NCBI GenBank assembly: GCA_963719505.1
Contig: CAVRCF010000005.1
Span: 704,001 to 768,000, forward strand
Reading direction: 5' to 3'
DNA from: Halobacteriovoraceae bacterium
GTDB taxonomy: Bacteria > Bdellovibrionota > Bacteriovoracia > Bacteriovoracales > Bacteriovoracaceae
DNA length: 64,000 nt
Position numbers and translations under genes: made by a program. Positions 1 through 9,725 of this stretch are shown piece by piece (position 1 is the stretch's first letter; each line of letters begins with the position of its first letter). The notes beneath the pieces are model-generated. The model saw only the letters and a list, made by a program, of their open reading frames with translations. It did not search any database and had not been told where the DNA came from.

Positions 1-30
1 AAAAATAAGGTTGTAAAACTGAAGGCCATA

Positions 31-801
31 TCAACTTTTAAAAGCAAATAAAAGAGTTTCTCTTTTATGAGAAGAAAGCTGCATAAAGCCTACTCTTTTA
101 TAGGCCATCGCTTCAAAAGCTCCTATAAAGTTTGTCATCTCTTTGAGTTGACTCTCTTTTATAAATTTTACTGAATATAGAACGCCCTCAATTGTGTGGT
201 ATTTCTTAGAAAGCCGAATAAGCTCTTTTATTCCTTGTTTAGGATTAATATTAAGGTCACTCGAGAGATAGTGAATAGAGTGATCAGGTAGCTCTTCCTG
301 AGACAGATCTTGAATCGGTTTAGCTATATGGTGAAAATTTGAGTTCCTTAAACAAACCTCATCCATCTGAGCTGGATCGACACCAGTAACATGACCAAAG
401 TTTTCTAAAAGATAACTGCTTGCTCCACCGGGAGCACTTCCAAACTCAATCCAGTTCTTATTTTTGTTTGGCTTGATGTCAAACCTCTCACACGCTTGAG
501 CAATTTTTAAGTAGTTTCTCGAAGGAGAACTTGCTGGAAGCTCTTGATCAATCTGTTGAACTTTTAATCTACGCTCAACTACATCCTTACTTACAGCTCC
601 AATGTTTTCACCCCAAGTGAGGGCAAAAGCTGGTCTCATTGCCTTAATTTCTTTACTCGATATATCGGGGCCCGTATTTTTATAGGTAAGAAAGTCTTTT
701 TGAGAAAAACTTGGTGTCAGAAAAGGAAACCTAAATTCAATTTCTTTTTTTAAGATATCTTTATTCCCATTTACACAAACAAAATATATAAACTGACTCA
801 T
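31..801 (-). CDS. SAM-dependent RNA methyltransferase, RlmM/FtsJ-like
   Basis: Motifs SRNYLKI, EFGSAPGGAS (SAM-binding), GVDPAQMD and SDLN resemble FtsJ/RlmM-type 2'-O-methyltransferases; shorter than canonical RlmM. Confidence 0.7.
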   Translation of the reverse strand: MSQFIYFVCVNGNKDILKKEIEFRFPFLTPSFSQKDFLTYKNTGPDISSKEIKAMRPAFALTWGENIGAVSKDVVERRLKVQQIDQELPASSPSRNYLKIAQACERFDIKPNKNKNWIEFGSAPGGASSYLLENFGHVTGVDPAQMDEVCLRNSNFHHIAKPIQDLSQEELPDHSIHYLSSDLNINPKQGIKELIRLSKKYHTIEGVLYSVKFIKESQLKEMTNFIGAFEAMAYKRVGFMQLSSHKRETLLFAFKS

Positions 802-2699
802 TAATCCACCACTGTTATGTATCTTGTATTATTAAGAAGGTAATCCTCCTCAATCCACAATCTTCCAGTTCCTTCTTCACACTTTATGCTCGCTATATCT
901 TTAACGCCATGACAGCTTGTACCCCATGAATTTTGAATAAGATACTTTTTCTTTGCGCTGCTGCAGTCCACACCAATGAGTGTGACGGCATGAAGACCAT
1001 GTTCAAAATCCTCAGTCTCGAGCGTTCCGTTGCTCTCCTGCTCAAAGGCGTTGTAATTACCCTTTAACATTTTTCCTGCAATTGAAAGACCTATGGCGTG
1101 TCCCTTATCCAAGGATTTGTCGATATGTCGATCAAGCACTTTCTTTTTCTGTGATGTCTTTGTTTTGAAGCTCTCGTAGCTTCCACTAACACCAAGGTAG
1201 ACAGGTTTGGCTTTCTTTTTAGGTGCTGATTTATAATCAATTAGATCAACACACTGTTTTTTTAGATAGTCAGAAGCGCTTTTGAATAGATCGTCCTCTT
1301 GTGAGACATCAGAGAGGTGATCAATTAAATTTTCAATATTGGGAAAAAGGTCTATCATATTGCTTCCAGACTCAAGAATAGAAGACAGGGCATCAAAAGA
1401 AGTCTCATCAATATCGTCTTTTTCCAAAAGTGTACACATATTGTAATATGGTTTCTGTTCTCCCTCTAACCTCTTCAAGTTTTCTTTAAAATAGTTTTGA
1501 GCACACAGAAATGGATTATTCATTTTAAAGTCAAGAAGAGTTCCTTTGGGACTATGATAAAAATCATCTAGACCATTAAACTTAAGACGAACGGTTTTAT
1601 TGTAAAACTCACCGGCTTGTTCATCGTTAATTGATTTTACTTTGTTAAAATCAGAGGCAAATTCTTTTAAAGAATCTCTAAACTCTCCCTTTAAATAGGA
1701 ATCGACTTTTGAGGAGAGAACAACCGATGACCCCTCTACCGTTCCAATTTCATCGAGATCTTTTTTCGCCGAGGCAATCTCAGGCTTTAGACCATCGATG
1801 AGGCTTTTATTATCTTCGATAATTTCTAAAATTTGCTGTGACATTTTCTCGTCGCTTGGTTTAAAAAGATCTTCGCCTAAATTTCTTTTTATATCTAAAA
1901 GCTTATCGTTAAATGGTTTTAGTTTTTCATCTACTTTGTCTAATTGCGACTTTTTACGCTCTAAAACTCCTGAGCTTTCTTCATTACTCATCTGTGCAAT
2001 TTGGTTTAAAAGGTCGTCTCTTTTATCATTTAATTTCTTTGCATCCTCTTCAATCTCTTTGACTAGTGGAAGACTTCGATTTAAGTCATCTACTATTTTT
2101 TCCATGCTTTGGACTTCATCTCTCGTTTGCAAATAAAATGATCTTAAAGATATGAAAGCATTCTTTATTGAGATACGGACAAGTTTGTCGTGGGGTTTAT
2201 CGCATTGTTTTTCTACTTGGCTCGATAAAGAAGAGAGCTTATCAAAGTAAATATCTTTGTTGGGGTTGAGTTCGTCAAAACGACTTTTAAAAGCTTCGAT
2301 TTTATCAAAATAGGTACGCATTGAACTCGACCCAAAGTCATTTGAGGCGACTTCAAAATTGATATCCTTGGCTTTGCAAACAGAATCTTTGGTCGCAAGA
2401 TTAAAAGCGGTGTGGCTTTTCCCAGCATCAATTTGTTTCTTCAAGGAGGCTTCATCGTCTGGATTATCACGAGTATATTTCATGGCCAAGTCCAACTGTG
2501 ATGGTGTCTCCTCATTTGGATAAGCAGACTTGAGCATGACTGAGGCAACTGAGGCATAGCAAATTCCCATGCCATCTTGGTCTATGGTCTTAAATTTTTC
2601 TAAAGAACCTCCTGGTTGGTCGAGGCGAACAACAGGACTCTGTTCATTACACACACCAAACGCGACTGAGCTTATAAGAAAAAGAAAGAGGCTTTTCAT
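801..2699 (-). CDS. Secreted papain-like (C1) cysteine protease with large helical insertion
   Basis: Signal peptide; DQDGMGICYA (Gln...Cys) near the N-terminus; HAVTLIG and IQNSWG (His/Asn) near the C-terminus. Confidence 0.75.
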   Translation of the reverse strand: MKSLFLFLISSVAFGVCNEQSPVVRLDQPGGSLEKFKTIDQDGMGICYASVASVMLKSAYPNEETPSQLDLAMKYTRDNPDDEASLKKQIDAGKSHTAFNLATKDSVCKAKDINFEVASNDFGSSSMRTYFDKIEAFKSRFDELNPNKDIYFDKLSSLSSQVEKQCDKPHDKLVRISIKNAFISLRSFYLQTRDEVQSMEKIVDDLNRSLPLVKEIEEDAKKLNDKRDDLLNQIAQMSNEESSGVLERKKSQLDKVDEKLKPFNDKLLDIKRNLGEDLFKPSDEKMSQQILEIIEDNKSLIDGLKPEIASAKKDLDEIGTVEGSSVVLSSKVDSYLKGEFRDSLKEFASDFNKVKSINDEQAGEFYNKTVRLKFNGLDDFYHSPKGTLLDFKMNNPFLCAQNYFKENLKRLEGEQKPYYNMCTLLEKDDIDETSFDALSSILESGSNMIDLFPNIENLIDHLSDVSQEDDLFKSASDYLKKQCVDLIDYKSAPKKKAKPVYLGVSGSYESFKTKTSQKKKVLDRHIDKSLDKGHAIGLSIAGKMLKGNYNAFEQESNGTLETEDFEHGLHAVTLIGVDCSSAKKKYLIQNSWGTSCHGVKDIASIKCEEGTGRLWIEEDYLLNNTRYITVVD

Positions 2700-3070
2700 C
2701 GACGACTCACTTTTGCGTAAAGGGAGGCAGTATCAATCATTGATCCATCTTTAAACATACAGAATGAACTACTATGTCCTTGCTGATTCTTAAGAAAAAT
2801 GACTCTTCCCTTAGTCGATTCGGTGCAAAGTTGAGAATAAGGGCTTTGTCCTTCTTTTAATTTTGACTGTGCCATTTTGGCATACCTCGTAGCGCGAAGA
2901 GCGTCACACTTATTATAGTTTTTAAAGCAAGCTTCATTTATTCGCAGTGATAATTCTTTGTTGACCTTGAAAACAATTTTACTGGACTCACCTTTCCAGA
3001 CCTCATTTTTCCAATCAGAGCTCCAAGCTATTGTCGTAAAAAGAATTGATATCAAGATGATGTATTTCAC
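2696..3070 (-). CDS. Small secreted Cys-containing protein (DUF333-like C-terminus)
   Basis: Signal peptide, 4 Cys, C...G...FCMFKDGS pattern; 4-nt overlap with the protease gene. Confidence 0.5.
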   Translation of the reverse strand: MKYIILISILFTTIAWSSDWKNEVWKGESSKIVFKVNKELSLRINEACFKNYNKCDALRATRYAKMAQSKLKEGQSPYSQLCTESTKGRVIFLKNQQGHSSSFCMFKDGSMIDTASLYAKVSRR

Positions 3071-3195
3071 CGTCTAATTATAGCTCTATTTTTCAATCGA
3101 ATCAAAACAGTAAGATTGCACCACCCTCTTTGAGAATTTTACTGTCAAATGCTACCAAAAAGCTTAATATAGCTTAAATACCCAAGGAGAATTTT

Positions 3196-3903
3196 ATGCA
3201 AAACACTTTAAACAGGACCGATCAAAGCATAGCTGAAGAGAATGTGCGCTTTATGACAGGCGTTTATAAGTGGATGGTCTTTGGACTGACACTTACAGGC
3301 CTAGTAGCCTACTACATTGCTCAAGATAAAGAACTGGTCTACTCGATAGTGACCAATACATTTTTGTTTTGGGGCCTCATTATTGCTCAGTTGGGATTAG
3401 TGGTTTACCTCTCTGCTCGCATTAATAAAATGAGTCCCATGACTGCGACGCTTACCTATTTGGGTTATGCCGCTTTAACTGGTGTCACTTTTTCTACAAT
3501 ATTTTTGGCCTACACGGCTGAGAGCATTCAATCTGTCTTTTTTATTACTGCTTTCTCTTTTGCTGGTTTAAGTCTTTTTGGATTTGTTACTAAAAGAGAT
3601 CTAGGTCCTATTGGGACGTTTTGTCACATGGGTCTTTGGGGTCTAATCGGATTCTCGTTACTGTCTTTCTTTTTTCCTTCCATGCTCTCTGGCCAAACTG
3701 GAACTATCTTTAGCTTAGTTGGGGTCCTCATTTTTGCCGGCCTTACCGCTTACGATACGCAGAAGATTAAAAGCTCTAATATCATTGGGAACGAAGGAAC
3801 TGCAGAAGATCACAAAGAGACCATTCTTGGTGCACTTACTTTGTATCTAGACTTTATTAATTTATTCCTTATGCTTCTTCGTCTAATGGGTAATAGGAAG
3901 TAG
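3196..3903 (+). CDS. Bax inhibitor-1/YccA family membrane protein
   Basis: About 7 TM segments; FMTGVYKWM, AYDTQKIK and ALTLYLDFINLF motifs; AAGGAG RBS. Confidence 0.9.
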   Translation: MQNTLNRTDQSIAEENVRFMTGVYKWMVFGLTLTGLVAYYIAQDKELVYSIVTNTFLFWGLIIAQLGLVVYLSARINKMSPMTATLTYLGYAALTGVTFSTIFLAYTAESIQSVFFITAFSFAGLSLFGFVTKRDLGPIGTFCHMGLWGLIGFSLLSFFFPSMLSGQTGTIFSLVGVLIFAGLTAYDTQKIKSSNIIGNEGTAEDHKETILGALTLYLDFINLFLMLLRLMGNRK

Positions 3904-3905
3904 TT

Positions 3906-4829
3906 TTGGGAAAAAAGAATAAGTTTAAAAAGCCAGAAGCCGTAGATATGCTAACTCCCGACAGGGACTCTACTAGGATAAATTGGTTTCCTGGACATAT
4001 GAATAAAGCGCTCAAGAAAATAAAAGATCGTATGAAGATGGTCGATATTGTTCTGGAGCTAAGAGATGCACGCTCCCCGCTTGCGACGGGAAATAGCGAA
4101 TTGAGAAGTGTTCTTGGTGAAAAGACAAAGCTCATTTTGATCAACAAGACAAACCTTGCAGACCCTAAAGTCATAAAGTTGTGGGACGAGTGGTTTGCCA
4201 CTAAAGATGATCCCTATTTATTTATAAATGCTTTGGATAAAAAGTCGATCAACGAAATCATTTCTCTATCACTCAAAGTTGTTAATCAAAAAATAAAGGT
4301 ATCAAACCCTGAAAATACTGGAAAATCAAAATTAAAAATGATGATTATTGGTCTACCAAACACGGGTAAGTCAACAATCATCAACAGATTGGCCAATCGA
4401 AATGCCACAAAAGTTGCGGATAAACCTGGTCAAACTCAGCATCAACTTTGGGTCAAGATTGATGAAAACTTTGAAATTTTAGACACTCCAGGAGTCATGT
4501 ATCCAGATGTCAAAAACCATGAACAAGGACTATGGCTATCTGCTCTGCACACTATTCCAGACAAAATTGCAGGGTCTGAAGCTATTGCCTGCTTTATTCT
4601 TGAGCACTTGCTTAAAAACAATCCTAAAATTCTAGAAAAAAAATATGACATAAAAGTCGATGGACTAAGCATGAATCAAACCTTAGATGAAATTGCTTCT
4701 AAAAGAGGTTGTATTCTTAAAAAAGGTGAATTTGATTACGATAGGACATTTACCATCATTATTGGTGACTTTAGAAAGTCAGAATTAGGCCCCATCAGTT
4801 TTGGTGTGCCGCCCAAACTCAAAACTTAA
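3906..4829 (+). CDS. ylqF: Ribosome biogenesis GTPase YlqF/RbgA
   Basis: INWFPGHM, DARSP, NKTNL, GLPNTGKST, PGQT, LDTPG (circularly permuted GTPase). Confidence 0.92.
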   Translation: MGKKNKFKKPEAVDMLTPDRDSTRINWFPGHMNKALKKIKDRMKMVDIVLELRDARSPLATGNSELRSVLGEKTKLILINKTNLADPKVIKLWDEWFATKDDPYLFINALDKKSINEIISLSLKVVNQKIKVSNPENTGKSKLKMMIIGLPNTGKSTIINRLANRNATKVADKPGQTQHQLWVKIDENFEILDTPGVMYPDVKNHEQGLWLSALHTIPDKIAGSEAIACFILEHLLKNNPKILEKKYDIKVDGLSMNQTLDEIASKRGCILKKGEFDYDRTFTIIIGDFRKSELGPISFGVPPKLKT

Positions 4830-4934
4830 CGCATCACTCTGAAGAAAAGTACAATATTGTCCACTTCTTTTTTGTCTAATTGATAATCTTCAGAGACACT
4901 ACTAAGGCAAAACTAAAAACCATACACAAAGGAT

Positions 4935-5270
4935 ATGAAAATGGCAGAAGCTAAAGGTTTAAAGAAACCAGTAAAATTAAAGTCTGATCTAGCAACAATG
5001 CTAGGAGAAAAAGAACTTCCAAGAACAGAAATTACGAAAAAGCTTTGGGACTATATTAAGTCTAAAGAGCTTCAGACTAAAACAGAAAATGGTAAACCAG
5101 AAAATGCTGGTAAGTATATTGTAGCTGACGCTACTCTTTTACCAATTTTCAAAAATACGAAATCAACGTCAAAGTCAGGAAAATTAACTGATCTTACCAA
5201 AATGAAAGAAGGTGAGACAATTAACATGATGCAAATGGCTGCTGTTGTTGGTGCAAATATTGAATCTTAA
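4935..5270 (+). CDS. SWIB/MDM2 domain protein
   Basis: LPRTEITKKLWDYIKSKELQ matches the bacterial SWIB signature. Confidence 0.85.
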   Translation: MKMAEAKGLKKPVKLKSDLATMLGEKELPRTEITKKLWDYIKSKELQTKTENGKPENAGKYIVADATLLPIFKNTKSTSKSGKLTDLTKMKEGETINMMQMAAVVGANIES

Positions 5271-5281
5271 TTAACAAATCA

Positions 5282-5313
5282 AGGGTAAAGGAGATCTTCT
5301 TTACCCTCTTTTA
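5282..5313 (+). terminator. Rho-independent terminator after the SWIB gene
   Basis: AGGGTAAAG-loop-CTTTACCCT hairpin followed by CTTTT. Confidence 0.65.
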
Positions 5314-5335
5314 TCTATCACCATAAAAAGTCAAA

Positions 5336-5353
5336 CGTTTAAATTTCTACACA
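5336..5353. promoter_or_regulatory. TGTGT-N8-ACACA palindrome copy (CGTTT AAATTTCT ACACA)
   Basis: Intergenic partial match to the recurrent motif; no obvious downstream ORF. Confidence 0.4.
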
Positions 5354-5520
5354 TAAAATAGACCAAGCCTAAAACACAGTCGACCTAAGATATTCTAATA
5401 TTTTTACAAGAGAACATAGGAGGGAGCGCATACCTAATACCTGCTATTGTCCAGACGTGAAAATAGTGTTTTCACACATCTTAAAAATTCGCTTATTCAA
5501 GCATTCTATATTTCGAATCC

Positions 5521-5542
5521 TAAGCCTCAGAACTGAGGCTTA
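5521..5542. terminator. Hairpin/terminator downstream of the hybrid kinase
   Basis: Perfect inverted repeat TAAGCCTCAG-AA-CTGAGGCTTA. Confidence 0.6.
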
Positions 5543-5552
5543 GAGATCTTCT

Positions 5553-7379
5553 TCAGGTTAAGTTATTGTAGACACCTTTTATAAGGTCTGTTGACGTCAC
5601 AGGCTTTGTTATATGATCACTAAAGCCAGCTTTCTTTGTTCTAACTCTTTCCTCATCCATTGCATGTGCTGTAAGGGCAATAATGGGAATTTCAAGGTTA
5701 TGTTCTTTCATCATTCTGATTGCTTGATAACCATCGATTTCTGGCATTTGGAGATCTAGTAAGACGAGATCAAAATCTTTTTCCTTAAACTTCTCAACCG
5801 CCTCTCGCCCACCGTAAGCAAAATCAGCATCAGCCCCAACCTCTTTTAGGTAGGCATAAAAGAGTCGAACATTTTCTTTGGCATCATCAACGATTAAAAT
5901 ATTCTTTCCACTTAAATCAATTTGAGCAATCTCCAATTCTGGTATTCCCTTTGAAGATTTTTCATCAAGTGAAGTGATAAAACTTCCTCCATCGACAATA
6001 CCAACATCAACTTTAATTTCGAAAGTTGTCCCTACATTCTCTCTGGTCTCTACGATCTTTAAATTACCGCCCAAGCCCCTTGCTATCGATCTTGATATCA
6101 TAAGTCCCAATCCAGTCCCTCCGTAGATTCTAGAGACAGACTCATCAGCTTGCTCAAAAGGTTTGAAAAGTCTCTTTTGATTTTTCTTCGAGATCCCAAT
6201 ACCAGTATCATTAATGGTGAAGACTAATTTATTAGACTTTTTATTAAAAGTGGCAATCAGCTCAACATGCCCCTGTGCAGTAAACTTAATAGCATTACCG
6301 ATAATATTAAAAAGAATTTGTTTTAATCTTTTTTGATCAGAGTTAATATAACGAGGAAGTTTCCCTCTGCTAGAAAAAATGAGTTCTATATTTTTCTCTG
6401 CTGCTTTCACGTTTAAAAGCCCATAGACATCTGTCAAAAACTGCGTCGTCTCAACTTGCTCAATTCTATAATCTATTTTTCCTGATTCAATTTTTGAGAT
6501 GTCTAAAATCTCATCTAACAAACTTAAAAGATGATTACCATTTCTAAAAACTAACTCAATAGCCTCATCTCTCTCTTTTTTATCCAGCGAATGAGAACGG
6601 AGCATCTCTATGTAGCCTAAGATAATCGTCATGGGAGTTCTAATTTCGTGAGATATATTTGAAAGAAAGTTTGTTTTAGATTTTGATGCACTCTCTACTT
6701 GCACCATGGTTTCTGTAATTTTTTCGTGCTGAGAAGAAACAGCATTAAAAAGTGGACGGTAAACAAGGGCCCAAATAATTCCAAACTGCCCTACACAACA
6801 AAGAACGAGAAGAATTCCAAGAAGGTCCAGCTCATCCAGAGAGTTCTCTTGGTTCTCAGCAACTCTCGCACTGAGTAGTTCTAAGACTTTCCCTAACCCA
6901 GATGAAGAACTTTTAATGAGGAAACTAATATTTGTATTTACTCTTTCTTTTGTATCAATTTCTTCATCCACAAAGGAGCTTGCGACATCGATGAACTCAT
7001 AAGTCTTCTTTTCTATATTTTCTGAAATTAAAAAGTCTTTAAAGCCTTGAAGTTTAGGAAGTCTGTTCGCTTTAATCCAGCTATAAAACTCTTTCGTTTC
7101 GTTTCTCAATCTTTTGATAAGTTCAATGAATCTAATTTCATTGGCCAAAGTGATTTCTTCTCCCTCAAAACTTTGAGAAAAATCTGTTATGTCGACCATG
7201 AGAAAAATCTGTCTTTTAAGATAGGAATTGAAAGTTTGGTAGGATTGTTGATCTGAAATTAAAGAACGGTTAAGCACTAAGAAGACTGCTGAGAGGCTGA
7301 CAATAATGAGAAAGCCCACAATATTTGCAATTAAAAATTTCTTACGCGTGAGCTCTAAAAGCTCATCATAACTTCTCAT
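5553..7379 (-). CDS. Hybrid sensor histidine kinase (2 TM, HisKA, HATPase, receiver)
   Basis: SHEIRTP H-box, NAIKFT, DTGIGI, GGTGLGL; C-terminal receiver IVDD...LLDLQMP...KP. Confidence 0.93.
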   Translation of the reverse strand: MRSYDELLELTRKKFLIANIVGFLIIVSLSAVFLVLNRSLISDQQSYQTFNSYLKRQIFLMVDITDFSQSFEGEEITLANEIRFIELIKRLRNETKEFYSWIKANRLPKLQGFKDFLISENIEKKTYEFIDVASSFVDEEIDTKERVNTNISFLIKSSSSGLGKVLELLSARVAENQENSLDELDLLGILLVLCCVGQFGIIWALVYRPLFNAVSSQHEKITETMVQVESASKSKTNFLSNISHEIRTPMTIILGYIEMLRSHSLDKKERDEAIELVFRNGNHLLSLLDEILDISKIESGKIDYRIEQVETTQFLTDVYGLLNVKAAEKNIELIFSSRGKLPRYINSDQKRLKQILFNIIGNAIKFTAQGHVELIATFNKKSNKLVFTINDTGIGISKKNQKRLFKPFEQADESVSRIYGGTGLGLMISRSIARGLGGNLKIVETRENVGTTFEIKVDVGIVDGGSFITSLDEKSSKGIPELEIAQIDLSGKNILIVDDAKENVRLFYAYLKEVGADADFAYGGREAVEKFKEKDFDLVLLDLQMPEIDGYQAIRMMKEHNLEIPIIALTAHAMDEERVRTKKAGFSDHITKPVTSTDLIKGVYNNLT

Positions 7380-7389
7380 TAATATTATC

Positions 7390-7704
7390 TCACAATTTTA
7401 GGCTGTCTTTTTTCAAGTTCATGTACTTTTTTATATCATTAACATAACTTTTACATCTAGATTGGTCACTTGATTTCGCTGCGCTTTCTAATTCAACTGC
7501 CAAAGTTCCTAGGTGATTGAAGCCATAAGGGGCTGAATAGCCTTTCCACTTGTGCGCTACATCCTTTATTAAAGTGAAGTCACCGCTTTGCGCTGCGCTA
7601 TCGACTTGTTCAATTTCCTCAATTCTATCAGCGTAGAACTCACTAATAAATGGCTCTAGCGCTTTATCAGCTTTTTCATTAGAAATTAATTCTTTCATAT
7701 ACAA
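7390..7704 (-). CDS. Hpt phosphotransfer protein
   Basis: AHKWKGYSAPYGF Hpt motif; directly upstream of the hybrid kinase. Confidence 0.85.
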   Translation of the reverse strand: MYMKELISNEKADKALEPFISEFYADRIEEIEQVDSAAQSGDFTLIKDVAHKWKGYSAPYGFNHLGTLAVELESAAKSSDQSRCKSYVNDIKKYMNLKKDSLKL

Positions 7705-7768
7705 CCTCTTTATAATTGGTTAACATTTTAGAATAATTTATCATGATATTTAGCTAAGGTAAAAAAGA

Positions 7769-8461
7769 ATGAGCAAAGTTTTATTAGTAGAAGACAGTAA
7801 AGAAATCAAAAAAATGGTGGAAATTTCTCTCTCCGGTTTAGTAGAGCAACTTGATTGGGCTGAAAATATAAATGCTGCAGAGGAAATCCTAAAAGAAGAG
7901 AAATATGATCTTGTCTTGTTAGATATTCAACTGCCAGATGGAAATGGAATTGAATTTTGCCAGAAGCTTTTCATGACATATCCAGATACTTCTATATTCA
8001 TGCTAACATCTCAAGACGCTTTATCTGAAAAGGTTATGGGTTTCTCCGCTGGGGCAGAAGACTACATCACAAAACCGTTTAGTACTCTTGAATTAAAAGC
8101 GAGAGTTGAAGCAAAATTAAAAAGAAAAGAGCTTCAAAAATCTAATAGCAATCTCCTTAATTGGGAGAAAATAAAGATTAATATATCTAACCAGGAAGTT
8201 GAAATTCTTGAAGGTGAAGCATTCAAAAGTATCGATCTCACAGCACTTGAATTCAAACTTTTAATCTATTTTGCCAACAGAGTTGGACAAGTTATTGAAA
8301 GAGACACTATCCTCAATGACATCTGGGGCGAAGATGTTCATGTATACTCAAGATCTGTCGACACTCATGTAAGTAAATTGAGAAAGAAACTCGAAGGCGT
8401 ATCTGGTATCATTGAATCTGTTCATGGCGCTGGTTACAAGTTTAATCCTACTCATAATTAG
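7769..8461 (+). CDS. OmpR/PhoB family response regulator
   Basis: Receiver (LVED, LLDIQLPDG, KPF) plus winged helix (RSVDTHVSKLRKK, VHGAGY). Confidence 0.95.
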   Translation: MSKVLLVEDSKEIKKMVEISLSGLVEQLDWAENINAAEEILKEEKYDLVLLDIQLPDGNGIEFCQKLFMTYPDTSIFMLTSQDALSEKVMGFSAGAEDYITKPFSTLELKARVEAKLKRKELQKSNSNLLNWEKIKINISNQEVEILEGEAFKSIDLTALEFKLLIYFANRVGQVIERDTILNDIWGEDVHVYSRSVDTHVSKLRKKLEGVSGIIESVHGAGYKFNPTHN

Positions 8462-8480
8462 AACAAAGATTTTTCAAATA

Positions 8481-8509
8481 AAAAAAGGGAGCTTTAAGCT
8501 CCCTTTTTT
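8481..8509. terminator. Bidirectional intrinsic terminator
   Basis: AAAAAAGGGAGC-TTTAA-GCTCCCTTTTTT between convergent genes. Confidence 0.85.
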
Positions 8510-8510
8510 G

Positions 8511-8879
8511 TTAGTTAATTGTTTTATCTAACTTTGATTCTATCTGTTCACCGTACTCTTCCATTTTTTCTTTAAAATCATCCCATTTCTGTGCTGTTGT
8601 TTCACTGGCTTGTTCTCCAGCTTTAGCCACCTCTTCTCTGTATTTGGCTGTGCTGGCTTTTAATTCTTTGTACTCTAGAACAAGCTTATCTTTAGCATCA
8701 CCTGAGAGCTTTACGGTTTTATCTTTTAACTTTTCAAGCTTAATTTCGAGCTTATCTAACTGTTGAGAAGCCTTCATTTTAAATTCTTCATAATCACCCT
8801 TATCTGAGGTTGTTGCATAAGCACCAAGAGAAAGGGATAAAATAACTGTAGTTAATAATAATTTTAATTTGTGTGACAT
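8511..8879 (-). CDS. Secreted amphipathic helical protein (stress-associated type)
   Basis: Signal peptide, K/E-rich heptads, KWDDFK; AAGGAGG RBS. Confidence 0.7.
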   Translation of the reverse strand: MSHKLKLLLTTVILSLSLGAYATTSDKGDYEEFKMKASQQLDKLEIKLEKLKDKTVKLSGDAKDKLVLEYKELKASTAKYREEVAKAGEQASETTAQKWDDFKEKMEEYGEQIESKLDKTIN

Positions 8880-8952
8880 AATTCCTCCTTATATCTTCAC
8901 AAACAATATGCCATCTTACTCAAAGTAAAAATGTTTTCTAAGGTGAAAGAAC

Positions 8953-8970
8953 TGTGTACTTTAATACATA
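8953..8970. promoter_or_regulatory. TGTGT-N8-ACACA palindrome copy (TGTGT ACTTTAAT ACATA)
   Basis: About 74 nt upstream of the start at 8879. Confidence 0.6.
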
Positions 8971-8979
8971 ATTTAAAAT

Positions 8980-9333
8980 TTATTGTTCTCTAAAGAAGCC
9001 CTTCAAAGTAAGTATCTTATCTTCGAGTTGGGCCAGCCTCTCATCAATATCTTCGAGTACATCATGGCTCTCTTTGGTGTCGACATAATCTAGTTTGGTA
9101 AAAAGCATATCTATTGATTCAAACTTATTTGATATGTGCTGAGATAGGTTCTCATAGATGGAGATGACACTATCATCGCGCTCTCCCATCTTTTCTTCAA
9201 TCAACTTCATTTCTAACTCAAGAGCATAAAGTTTTTCGTAGTGACTTTTCTCCGCTATCTCGTTTAGAATCGTATCATGTTTTAAAAAGTGGGGTTGGTA
9301 TTCTGAAATGTTTCTTACATTGAAGTTTTTCAT
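8980..9333 (-). CDS. Hypothetical helical protein
   Basis: 117 aa ORF with AAGGAG RBS. Confidence 0.65.
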   Translation of the reverse strand: MKNFNVRNISEYQPHFLKHDTILNEIAEKSHYEKLYALELEMKLIEEKMGERDDSVISIYENLSQHISNKFESIDMLFTKLDYVDTKESHDVLEDIDERLAQLEDKILTLKGFFREQ

Positions 9334-9408
9334 TTATCTCTCCTTGATAAAGCCTAATAAAATCATATTCCTTATAAAAAAAAATGTTTCTTTATAACGT
9401 AATTAGAA

Positions 9409-9426
9409 TGTGTAGATATCTACACT
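9409..9426. promoter_or_regulatory. TGTGT-N8-ACACA palindrome copy (TGTGT AGATATCT ACACT)
   Basis: Contains the perfect 16-bp palindrome GTGTAGATATCTACAC; between divergent starts 9333 and 9507. Confidence 0.7.
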
Positions 9427-9506
9427 AAATAACCATTCCTTGGCCGAGAGAATATGTTTATTCTCAGGTAATATTAAGTAACAAACTTAAACCAAAGGAG
9501 ATCATA

Positions 9507-9716
9507 ATGAACAACGATCAATTAGAAGGAAACTGGAAAGAATTTAAAGGGAAGATCCAATCGAAGTGGGGCGAACTTACTGAAGATGAGATGGATAAAA
9601 CCCAAGGTAATTTAGACCAACTAAGCGGTAAAATACAAAAGAAGTTTGGAGATTCGAAAGATGAAGTACATAAGTATTTTAATTCAGTACTAGAATCATT
9701 TAATAAGAAAAACTAA
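9507..9716 (+). CDS. csbD: CsbD/YjbJ family stress protein
   Basis: MNNDQLEGNWKEFKGKIQSKWGELTED is the typical CsbD signature. Confidence 0.92.
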   Translation: MNNDQLEGNWKEFKGKIQSKWGELTEDEMDKTQGNLDQLSGKIQKKFGDSKDEVHKYFNSVLESFNKKN

Positions 9717-9725
9717 GAGTATATA

